The position numbers and the translations under genes were made by a program. From Schmidtea polychroa (taxonomy: Eukaryota), in the NCBI GenBank assembly GCA_044892525.1, contig CM097885.1, positions 265,732,001-265,796,000 on the forward strand: a DNA stretch of 64,000 nt, given 5' to 3'. The notes beneath the pieces were generated by a model that was not told the DNA's origin, did not search any database, and saw only the letters and a program-made list of their open reading frames with translations. Each line of letters starts with the position of its first letter. Position 1 is the first letter of the stretch. This document shows positions 1 through 10,579 of this stretch, in pieces.

Positions 1-347
1 ACATAGTTTCACAGAAATCTTTATTCACTTCAAAAATCTAAACGGAACACACAATCGTTATACTATTTATAGTACATTGAATTGCGTAATCTACAAAAGG
101 GAGAATTATTAGTTTAAGTGATACTGTTGACACAGAAGACAAACATGCTTACATAATTTAGTTATACAAGCATTCCCGCATCATTCAATAGATATCAAGG
201 TCTAGTGACCTGGTTATGTAAGTAATTCGTTGGAAATTATTATATCATCTTACAATCTTACTCTCGGTGTTCATGACCTATCTTTTGTACTATTTCTTTC
301 AATTTTGCCTGATAGTTCGTCGTTTTATGAATATACGGTAACATACA

Positions 348-846
348 TTAGAATAATTGTTCTTTCGCTTTTTGTTTCATCTCTGAAATTATCATCTGGT
401 CCAGACATTTATTAATTTCATCTTCATCTCCAATATACAGACTATCTCGTAAATCCTGTAATTTTCCATCCCATCCTATAAAATCTGAATTTGAATGATT
501 AATTACATCTAATATCTTTACCTCATTTTTGTATCCAGGAATCAAACCACAATCGACCAAATATTCTCCATCCGCTAATTGACCCATTGGCCGTTTTTTG
601 AAATTTATTTGCACTTGCTTTCCTTTATATTTCGACATAATAAGCTCTCTCAAGCCCTAACCCTAACCCATTAGGTTTAATCGAAAATTGAAATTTCTTG
701 CTATTTCCGTCTGTCGTTTCGACAAATATGTCGGTCAAACTCTCTGTGGATCTCAGTGCTTTTCCCCATGTTTTTATTAGTTTTGCAATTCCATCGTCTT
801 GGTATTTATTGTTAACTTTAACACATACATTTAAAATAATTTTCAA
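348..846 (-). pseudogene. 3' part of gypsy-like ORF1 with a ubiquitin-like domain, frameshifted (ORFs 625-846 and 348-653)
   Basis: DIFVETTDG...QINFKKRPMGQLADGEYLVDCGLIPG is homologous to IFIKT...LRFMNRVLEDDELLIDCGLIPG in ORF 28429-29241. Both fit the ubiquitin pattern IFVKT...LIFAGKQLEDGRTLSDYNI. Confidence 0.65.
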
Positions 847-1298
847 TTTTATTTGGCTGTTGGATTTAAGTTAATTCGGTAATCAACTCTTTCAATTTCG
901 GAAGATCTGTTATCATCCCGGTATACCATCTCTCTATTTTATTTATCAACAGAATAGCTTTTTTCATTTGATAGATCATTTTTTACTTTATCACTAAGAT
1001 TTCCGCTCACGCCAGTGTCCTTTTCGTACACCATACAAGAATCTGCTTCCTCATCCTATTTGAACTTTGACATAGGCTTGTTTAATTTCTGTCTCATTTC
1101 CCGAAATTCATTTTCCATTTTCTTTTAAAATCCTCTTTTTAAGCATATGCAACATCAGTATTTGCTCATTCATCTTGAAATCTAATAGACTTCTTCAATA
1201 TTGGTCTGCTGAGTCTTTCTGAATTTCTTGTGAATGATCGAGCCATGTGGCCATAACCTTTGCATGAATGACATTAAATTTGTCCATTGGTGTTCACT

Positions 1299-1514
1299 TT
1301 ATCTCGTTGAGGCGAAGGAGATCTTAATGGTGATGGGGTGCCTGAAAAAAAAATTTCTGCTTATGTGGCCCATTTTCCTACATCTATAGCATTTCAAGTC
1401 ATTGTTAATTGACTTATTCTTTACAAACTTTCTTCTGGGGCTGAGGTCCCTTCCATATTTAAACCAGCATTGATTTGGATAGTGTCCCACTTTCTTGCAG
1501 TGATCGCATACTAT
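1299..1514 (-). pseudogene. gag: gag zinc-knuckle segment; continuation of the gag at 23986-24753
   Basis: CDHCKKVGHYPNQC (CCHC) plus a degenerate CYRCRKMGHISRN. The apparent N-terminal half of ORF 1299-1655 is AT-rich LTR sequence inserted at 1515. Confidence 0.85.
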
Positions 1515-1871
1515 TGTTGGGCTAAACGGAAAAATAATTGTTGGTGGCTGTGAACTGAGTAAACGAGGAAAAACAGAAAAAGAAAAAACAAATAAAATAA
1601 TTAAGTTAGAAATAAATAAATTAAGGACGCAATAATAACAAAATTTAGGAAACAATAAAAATAAAACCCAAACAAAATAAGGAAAAACGTAACTAAAAGT
1701 ACAAAATTAAGTAAAATTTGAAGAAAAACTAGAAATAGGCCGTCACACACCCAAAGTCAACAAAAATAGGCGAAATAACGCAAAAATACAAGAAAAATAA
1801 TAGAATAATAAAATAACTAAATAAAACAAAATAATACATAAGAAAACAATAGAAAATAAGTCAGATAACTA

Positions 1872-2594
1872 CAGGAATACCTAGCATAGTACGGTTTGAA
1901 ATTTTCAAAATATGATTGTTTTTAAAATGATTAAATAAAATTTTCGAAATTTAAAAAAGTTTTTTTAAATTAATTATTTATCGAAAATATAGGTGAAGCA
2001 TGGAATGAAGTGACACTAAAAATATGAGAACCGTTTAGAAAAATCTAATTCCGCATTGTGCTAACGATTTTGTTGGTTTTGAGAAACATTTTTTTGAAGT
2101 TACTAATGAAATTGTGGAGTTTGGACATCAGCTTGGATTTGAAGATCTAGATTCCGTAAACTTTATGGAATGTATTCAATCTAGTGCGAAAGATCTCGAT
2201 AATGAAACACTTATGAAAATAGACGAACAGTGAGCTTATGAAGAGCTGGACGAAGACTCAGAAAACGATGAAATTGTTGAACCCCCTGCTAAAGATTTAA
2301 CTGCTGAACAGCTCAAAGAAATCATTGAAATGATCGAAAAAGTTTCGGATCATATAATGGAAGTTGATTATAATATAGAACGCCGCATTACAATTCGTCG
2401 AACAATAGCCAACACACTTGAATATCAGAATAATAAAAATATTTGTTTACTAGATTATAATCACGATTTTTAAATTTCTTAATAGGGGTACTAAGCCGTA
2501 AATTTATTAGCGCCAGAATGCCTCGAATAGTCCGGTTTCAAATAGTACGGCTAAATTCAAAAACCGATTAACCGTATTGTTCGAGGTATTCCTG
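1872..2594 (+). mobile_element. Internally deleted Tc1/mariner-superfamily (pogo/Tigger-like) DNA transposon
   Basis: Imperfect ~25-bp TIRs starting CAGGAATACCT, flanked by TA on both sides. Stop-riddled remnant resembling a Tigger transposase C-terminus (NIGEAWNEV...EIVEFGHQLGFEDLD). Confidence 0.8.
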
Positions 2595-2954
2595 TACTTC
2601 AAAATCAAATTAAGGTAAGAATTTTGTAATATGAAACATAACTACTTCAAAATCAAATTAAGGTACTAACTACTACCAAACTAAGCAACCACTTTAGAAA
2701 GCACTAATTCAAAGGGAAATCTGCTAGGAAGCTTGTATAATCGGTAAATCTGAACTGCACAAGGCTTATAGAATCATTCCACATTATTACGATTGCAAGT
2801 ATCATTCAAGGATTCGTGGATCTTATCGAAGCTCTACTTATTGAATTGTTAAACGAGAAGAGAGTATATAACTCCGAATTTACTCAGTTCACTAGCAACT
2901 AATCGTTGAATTTCCAAGTAATTTAGTTGAACTTCATTTATGAAATTTATTATA

Positions 2955-4415
2955 AGTAGGTAGTTATGTGCACTCTAGATCCATGTGCANNNNNNNNNNN
3001 NNNNNNNNNNNNNNNNNNNNNNNNNNNNNNNNNNNNNNNNNNNNNNNNNNNNNNNNNNNNNNNNNNNNNNNNNNNNNNNNNNNNNNNNNNNNNNNNNNNN
3101 NNNNNNNNNNNNNNNNNNNNNNNNNNNNNNNNNNNNNNNNNNNNNNNNNNNNNNNNNNNNNNNNNNGTAATAATTTTATTTTTTGTTTTAATCATCGATT
3201 ACGTAATAATTTAAAATTTTTTTAAAACATCGATTACGTCATTGATTTTAATTTTTTATAAGAATTTTTTATGTCATTATACTTGAAATTTAATTCTCTG
3301 TTAAATGAGACTATGATGTAATCAAAATTCTGAAATTTCATTTTTAGTACACGATTTTTAAATTTACACATCTTTTTAAACAAATTGAGATATTTTCACT
3401 CAAACAATATATAGATAGAATTTTAATCTCTATAAAATGACATCAATATTTACTTCAAATTCATAATCATAACACCTTAAACAATGTATTTTTCAGCCAA
3501 CTTTTACATACACACATATTTTCAACTTTTAAAAAATACAAATTAATCATCTATACTTAACTCATAGTAAATAATTATATTAAAAGACATATTAAAAGAT
3601 GTATTAAAAACTAAACATTTATTAAAATCCCAGAGAAATTCGAGCACTATCTAATTTCCAAATCGGTGATATGACATCTTTCTCATCCATTTTATATCCC
3701 TGTATTGAAATATTTACAAACCAGCTTTCACCATCTTTATATTCAATTTCTTCAAAGGCATCATGAAAACGAGAATTTCGATTGTTGATGATTATATTTC
3801 CATTGCAACTTAGATTCTTATTGATTTTCCCCAACACTTTATTTACTGCAACAACATCTTCTTTTGTTATATGAGCAATGAAACTTGAATATTGCGACTT
3901 GATCAATTTGACTGCATTTGAGAATTTATATGGAATTTCGTCTACCAAGAAATATATCTTATGGTTATGATACATTTGTACTGGTTTCACATCATTCTTG
4001 GCATGCTTCGTCTCAGTTATTTTCTTAATTGGGCTTGTTTCTTTCAATAAATTAGAAAATGTTTTCTCACCAAAAACGTTCTTCTTGGATTGCATTTTTT
4101 AAAAATAATGACTATGATGTCATTTTATCTCTCTTTTATACTTGTGTATAACCAATCAAATGAATGCATTTGTATTGCAAACAACATGCATGTGTCATTG
4201 ACCTTCGTGTGTGACCTTTGTATGTGACCTTTACATTTGTGACCTTTGTATGTGAGTCATACATGGTTTGCATATGTATTGCAGATGTATTGCAAATTAG
4301 TTAATTAAAACGTGTACTAATTAGTGTGATATTAAAAATATTATACTAATACATGTAACATAAAAATACTATAACAACATAAAAATAGTGTACTATCACA
4401 AGTAACAATATAAAA
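2955..4415 (+). repeat. Left terminal inverted repeat (~1.45 kb; N gap 2990-3166)
   Basis: Reverse complement of 16567-18044. Carries the same 157-aa ORF and has ~19 extra nt near its inner end. Confidence 0.95.
3622..4095 (-). CDS. 157-aa TIR-encoded protein (copy 1); candidate OB-fold ssDNA-binding protein
   Basis: Translation identical to 16868-17341. The C-terminus GESWFVNISIQGYK...ISPIWKLDSARI recalls the last strands of T7 gp2.5/NCLDV-type SSBs. The function is inference. Confidence 0.8.
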   Translation of the reverse strand: MQSKKNVFGEKTFSNLLKETSPIKKITETKHAKNDVKPVQMYHNHKIYFLVDEIPYKFSNAVKLIKSQYSSFIAHITKEDVVAVNKVLGKINKNLSCNGNIIINNRNSRFHDAFEEIEYKDGESWFVNISIQGYKMDEKDVISPIWKLDSARISLGF

Positions 4416-4453
4416 ATTTTGTAACGATTAAAAATAGAATGAAAACAAATTTT

Positions 4454-7400
4454 TTATATCATAAAATTTATTAATTGACAACCATCATCATTTGGAAAAT
4501 GAGGATGATATTGCAAATCTTCATCTGGATCAACTATGGGCAGCAACATTTCTTCATCAGAATCATCAGCCATAACCATACCACCCCCCCTATAATGACC
4601 ATACGCATAACTTTTATTTTTAAGTACCCAATTGCGCTTATCGTCAGCATTAGTTAAAGCCCTCTTATTATTTTTAATACTGAAAAGTTGATGGTTTTTA
4701 CTCGTTATCCTAAATTGTGGTACTGTATAAATCTCATTATTATTATAACAATTCAGATACGACTGATGAGTTAGTCCAGTATCTTTCATTGTGACCCCCT
4801 TCGCTTTCATACATCCCTTACTACCCTTCATGCTATAACATTTTGGTCTTAAAAATATCCATTCATCATATCCAAGACCTTTGCTTTCATCTTTAAATTT
4901 CCCTATTACAGAGTCAAGGTTTTTTGAATATAATGAATGTGTTGGCTCGTAATTAGAGGTATCTAATAAATTATCCCTTATCATTGCGGGTAAAAGAGAA
5001 TTTAATTTGCAATTTTTAATTTCCAAAAAGAACGAATCTGTATCCCCAGCAACTATATTAATTTTACAATTAAATTCTATACGATATTTTTCTAAATCAA
5101 TGTACTGAAGTTGGTACATACGAAGTTTTGATAAATCCAAAACTGATTGACCAATATAACTTGGTCTATTTAAACATATTAAATCTTTTCTTAATAGAAC
5201 AGATATTAAGTCGTCATCGATTTTAGTAGTCCTTTTGAAATTAGGTTTAGAACAATATGTTAATACCTTTTGGGCTGAATTGCAAAGTCTTAAATTAATT
5301 CGTTTCTTTAGGTTTTCGACAGTCTTACCGTATAGACTGTTGTTTAATAGTTTAAAATAATTTTTATCTAATGTGTTTGTTGATGATGCCCTAAGTTGTG
5401 TGTTAGTATCTATATAATTTTTAAATATTGATGACTGTTCAAATTGTATAGCGCGATGAATTTTAGTGACCTTTACCCCAATATTTAGATAAAGCTGGAG
5501 AAGTCTCCAATGAACTACATAATTCTTTTTAGGATAGTGGGTAAGCATCAACTTCTCCACTTTGGATCCTGGTGCACAGATCTTTTCAGCTGCAACAGGG
5601 AAATCGTCAAGCTTATCATGAATCGATTCTGGAATTTCCAAATCGACTTCAACAGTATAACCGAATGTGAGTAATTCCAAGTCAACATTCATACAATCAT
5701 CCAAAATCTTATTTAATTTTATTTCATCGTTAATCCACTTAAAATTACCATCTGGTAGTTTCTGGCTAAGTGCCCAACCATATAGGTTGTTAATATCTAT
5801 ATAGAGCAACTCTGTGTTTTCATCTGATTTTACGTAATGTTTATTAACAAATGTTAATCCCCCTCGAATCCCACCCTCAAAGAAATTATAAATCTCCATG
5901 TCTTGGATCAACTCAATTGGATGATCTAAAGTCATGAGTGCAGAGTTCCATGACATACCGGGAATGCCTAAAAAGTTTAAGGGTTCCAATCTGTTATGAG
6001 CTATTGATTTTGCTCTAAACTGTTGGAAATAGTCCGCAAGTAAAAAGACATCTAATTTTAAATATATCATCATGTAATCCAAAAGTGAATTACAATTATG
6101 GTCATCCCAAATGCGCTGAGCCATATCATATTCTACTTCAGTAACACCATCCCAAATTGGAGGTAATTGGGGAGTTCCCTGAAGCACTTCTAAACTAGTT
6201 GCAAAATCATATGGGAATATGCCTTTACTATTAACAATTACTCCGTTAAATTCAGAATTAGTCAATGGAAATGTAGTTAATGTTTGTACAGCATTTTTTA
6301 AGGAATCGTTAATAAATTGACAAGAATCGATAAATTTTATAGTTAATCCATCAATTCTTGCATATAAACTTAAAAATTTTTCACTAGTTATAGGAATACA
6401 ATTAATATTCCATGATTTAAATTTACCTAAGCCAAATTTGAGAATATGATGGAGATCATATCCTCTCAAATTATGAAAAATAACTGGTAAAACCGGTCTA
6501 ATTCTTCGAGAAAGATTACAAGTTGAGCAAGCTGCACCTAAATATTTACCCGAAAAATGGTCATGATCTCTTACTGGATTTACTAAAGTTTTCTTACACA
6601 AATGACAATTTACAGCCGAAGAAAAGTTTATTTTGTCAATACTACTAAAAAACATCATTTTCCTATATCGTGTTTCAAAATATGGAGCCACTATTTGCTT
6701 ACCAATTTCTTCAAGTTCATGAAGAAACTGTTCAACACAATCCAATCCTATAAAACTTTTATAAAATTTATCCCCTGTAAAATTATTTATAAAAACAAAA
6801 CCAGCTGAGATTGGTAAATGTTTTTGATAGTATTTATTATCTTTAGGTAAAATTGCCTCAAAGTCGGCATAAATAACAAATGGAGGAGTGACAATCTTTG
6901 ACCAATTTGTAAAACTAAGATATTTATCTTCGGGTAATGTAAAGAGAGTGGTCCCTAACTGATTTTTATCACACAAACCCTTGTGTCTCATGAAAGAATT
7001 AGGATTTCGAAAACCATTTAAGCATCTCGAACACCATTTACTACAAATCCTAACAGCAGTTACACTAGAATCGTTACAATTCAAAAGTCTATCAAGATTA
7101 GTAACACCTATGTAATGATATGTGTCAAAATCTTCTAACAAAATTAAATTAATTGTTGTCCCCCCAATAACTTTAGATCGATAAATTATGTCAACATAAG
7201 GATGTTTCATAACTTCTTCAGTATTCTTAACATCATTTAATATATTTTCGTTATAAGTTAAAACATTTATCGATAAACCAGGGTTTTGGGATTCAAATTT
7301 AGAAATATTACAAAGGCGCATAGGGAGATCTGCAGGATCGAATTTTAATTCCGAAGTATTATAATTATATGGCTTAGATCTATTGGTACTAATACTATTA

Positions 7401-7932
7401 TATTTCAAAATAGATAAAATACTATATAGGAAGCATTCATCATTTGTATTTTTAACATTAACAGTACATTTTTTATTTAATAATGTTTCTGGTGTAGGAA
7501 TATATCCACGGCCAGTTAATCTGGATATTTGCGAATATTTTGTTATTATAAAACTAATATATTCAATTTTATGTATAACCCAGTTGCTTCCCTTTTCGTT
7601 AACTTTAATTATTTTTTCATTTAATAAATCAATACCATCTTCTAAGAAGGTATCACTCATGGGTCTAGCAGAATTTGAAATAACGAATGATTGAAATTCG
7701 TCATCTTTTACAAATTCCACTTTCAAACAAAATTGAATTTTTATTGAACCCATCTCGGATGAAACTTTATTTAATTCATTTATTAACTGAGTAGGGATCG
7801 AAACTGTTTTTAAATTTAAGGATGAAACATCCATTTTAACTTCTGCGTGTGTTTTATTTAAATCGAATATGGTTTCAGGTTCAAGTGAACCACCTTGTTG
7901 ATTAATAATGACTTCTGTAGAAGTTGATGTAA

Positions 7933-7995
<63 letters not shown>

Positions 7996-8413
7996 AAAGT
8001 GAATAAGAGTTAACTATCAAAGGCATGACCTCATCATCAGAGTCTGAAATAACGATAAGATCTTTTTTAACAAATTTAGAGGGTTTTAGATTAGGTAAAT
8101 TAATTTTTCTTTTATTATTTACATTAGGCTTATTATTATTATTATTAGTACTTGTAGTATCATTATTATGATTTATAGCGGGATTATAGGTATTGGAAAT
8201 ATTATTTTTTAATAAATTAATAAGGTCTTTTTTCTTTAAATTATACTGAGTTAAATGATCCCTATGTTGATGATAAAACTCCATGTATGTTACAGTCTCG
8301 GGGTTCATACAAACAGGGCAAATAAAAAAGATGGTATGATTATGGCTATGTTTGTAATATTTTTCCATTATGAAATCACAATCATCATGTAATGAACTAT
8401 TACAATAATTTTG
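4454..8413 (-). CDS. polB: Protein-primed family B DNA polymerase, main exon (start lies in or upstream of N gap 8414-8643)
   Basis: Exo motifs YADFE, HNLRGYD, DVFLLAD; pol motifs DINNLYG, KLLNNSLYGK, AGDTDS, KCY. Endonuclease VII-like CHLC...DHDH...CSTCN insert. N-terminal NDECFLYS...YHY (vOTU-like). Confidence 0.97.
7940..7995. repeat. (ATT)n microsatellite encoding poly-Asn in the PolB N-terminal region
   Basis: Directly visible; translates to a run of ~17 Asn. Confidence 0.9.
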
Positions 8414-8672
8414 NNNNNNNNNNNNNNNNNNNNNNNNNNNNNNNNNNNNNNNNNNNNNNNNNNNNNNNNNNNNNNNNNNNNNNNNNNNNNNNNNNNNNNN
8501 NNNNNNNNNNNNNNNNNNNNNNNNNNNNNNNNNNNNNNNNNNNNNNNNNNNNNNNNNNNNNNNNNNNNNNNNNNNNNNNNNNNNNNNNNNNNNNNNNNNN
8601 NNNNNNNNNNNNNNNNNNNNNNNNNNNNNNNNNNNNNNNNNNNATATTTTTATCAAAAAGGTAATTTTACTT

Positions 8673-8805
8673 AAATATATTTAACCTATTACATAATAGT
8701 TTAAACATACTTAATGCAAAATATATTTACCCTATTACGTAATAGTTTAAACATAATCAATACAAAATATATTTAACCTATTATATAATAGGTTAAATAT
8801 ATTTT
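8673..8805. repeat. Three 46-bp tandem units with palindromic cores; the third is a perfect 42-bp palindrome (8764-8805)
   Basis: Unit starts at 8673, 8719 and 8765. Core CTATTACGTAATAG at 8732-8745. Confidence 0.9.
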
Positions 8806-9004
8806 CAATCAAAATAAATTATTGATAAAAATAAATTTAACTTGTTACATAATATTTCATTATTATTATTATTATTCAAAGTACTATATTATAATTATTG
8901 TATTTAAAGTATTAATTATTATTAAAATAAAAACATTAATAAATCTTTTAATAAAACCTTATAAAAATTCATTAAAAATCTTTAAATAAAAATGAAAATC
9001 TTAC

Positions 9005-9360
9005 ATGTAACTTTTCTTTTTGATATTTTGCAATCATTTTTTCCATATGCAGTACTGCGCGCAATCAAATTGTTACCATTATTATTGTTATTTGTACTTG
9101 ACTCGTTCATATTTCGTCCATTTATAATGCATCCATTCATGTTGTTTATAATAAAATCTAAAAAGAATAAATAATTATAAATTTAATAATAATAACGAAA
9201 TACCATTTGGCATGTTTTCACTGTTATTGTTAGATCTTTTGTTGAAATTACGATTAAGACCTATAAATTATATCAATAATAATGACAAATAAATAAATAA
9301 ATAAATCTTACCATTCTTGACACTGTTTCCGCTTTGGCTTCCTTGATTATTTCTTGACAT
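9005..9360 (-). CDS. Three predicted coding exons (9360-9312, 9260-9204, 9157-9005), probably the 5' exons of polB
   Basis: ATG exon, then 57-nt and 153-nt exons, all bounded by phase-1 GT-AG introns (51 and 46 nt, then a GTAAGA donor at 9004). The joined frame is stop-free: MSRNNQGSQSGNSVKNG-LNRNFNKRSNNNSENMPND-FIINNMNG...KRKVT. Confidence 0.7.
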
Positions 9361-9680
9361 TTTGTTGAGTTTAAAATTTTAGGTATATAAAAAAGTGATG
9401 GTATATTTTTAAACATTGCTTTATATATCATAAATTGTGTAATATGTATTCACCCAATAGAAATTGAGAGTATTACATGCACACGCACTATGAAATATAA
9501 TTTACACACAATGTGAAATACTTTTCACACATTAGGAAGCAAAACTTACACACATTACAAAATAAAAATTTAACACAAACTAAGAGAACATGATTAATCA
9601 TGCATTTAAACTGCAATCTTAATGCATATGAGTAATAATAACAAAATTAATAATAATATAATTTTTAATCAAAAACTTTA

Positions 9681-10100
9681 TTAATTTTTTAAATAATCTA
9701 ACACAGCAATTAAACAATTTTTGTAAGCACAATTAGAATGATCACGGTAAGGACACAAGATATTATCAGGAAAATATTCTGATAATTGGATTGAATATTT
9801 TATTAATCTTAAATTTGGGAAATAATTTTTCAAAACTGTAAGTTTATCTTGATCAGTGACATAGAAAATTCCACTTGTATCTTCTACATCTCTCAATATA
9901 CATGTTGGACAAAACGAATCTTCACCTTCATACCATTCCAATCGATCTGAATTTTCACGTCCAGCCCAAAATGGTAAATCATTAAATAACCAATACTTTG
10001 GGCGTAAAATATTATTTACATTCATAATACATAATTCTTTAATAATTATTCCACCAGCATAATCATTATAACCTACAAAGTCAATAAAATAACAAGACAT
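9681..10100 (-). CDS. 139-aa protein; candidate degenerate DnaQ/DEDD-fold (Maelstrom-like) protein
   Basis: Clean ORF with ATG and stop. N-terminal IDFVGY...IIIKELCI resembles Exo I, and the C-terminus has CPYRDHSNCAYKN. The fold call is inference. Confidence 0.7.
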   Translation of the reverse strand: MSCYFIDFVGYNDYAGGIIIKELCIMNVNNILRPKYWLFNDLPFWAGRENSDRLEWYEGEDSFCPTCILRDVEDTSGIFYVTDQDKLTVLKNYFPNLRLIKYSIQLSEYFPDNILCPYRDHSNCAYKNCLIAVLDYLKN

Positions 10101-10132
10101 TTTTATTAATAAGATTTATTAAACTACATCGT

Positions 10133-10514
10133 TTATACATATAACATTGAATTTAGCCATGCAAGGCAATGTTGACCACATGTTTGAGTCATTGGATTTT
10201 GATAACGAATTTTATTATACAGAAGGGGTTTACCAACTGTTTGTAGTTTTGTTATCATTATATCTGGATAATAATATCCCATCGGATCAAAAACATGTAT
10301 TTTATCAGGTTTCACATATATTGCAATCCAATGTTCTCCTTCAAGATTTGATGATTGAGTATTGACGACTATAGCTTGGTTTGCGTTCAGATAGGGGATT
10401 TTATCTAATGGGAATACTCCAGTAAACTGATTCCCCAACAACATTTTTCCAATTCGATTAACCTGAATAGAACTAATCAAATAAAATTAATTATTAATTA
10501 AAAACTTACTCCAT
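10133..10514 (-). CDS. Adenain-like cysteine protease; predicted 5-nt first exon (10514-10510) and 37-nt intron (10509-10473)
   Basis: Catalytic set GEHW, FDPMG, YQ, CGQHC. The tracked ORF starts at TTG with a stop just upstream; splicing ATGGA|GTAAGT...TTAG|T gives MDSIQVNRIG in frame. Confidence 0.92.
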
Positions 10515-10579
10515 AATAAATTGTTTCCATTGTTTAATTCATTTATACTACGTTTAAACCAATACAGTTTGAAATACTT

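Noticed and set aside
8392-8674. ORFs crossing N gaps, including the MIKI start of the 1400-aa PolB (also 2950-3225, 17738-18061, 50237-50601)
   Set aside because: Artefacts of translating N runs; gap length and content are unknown.
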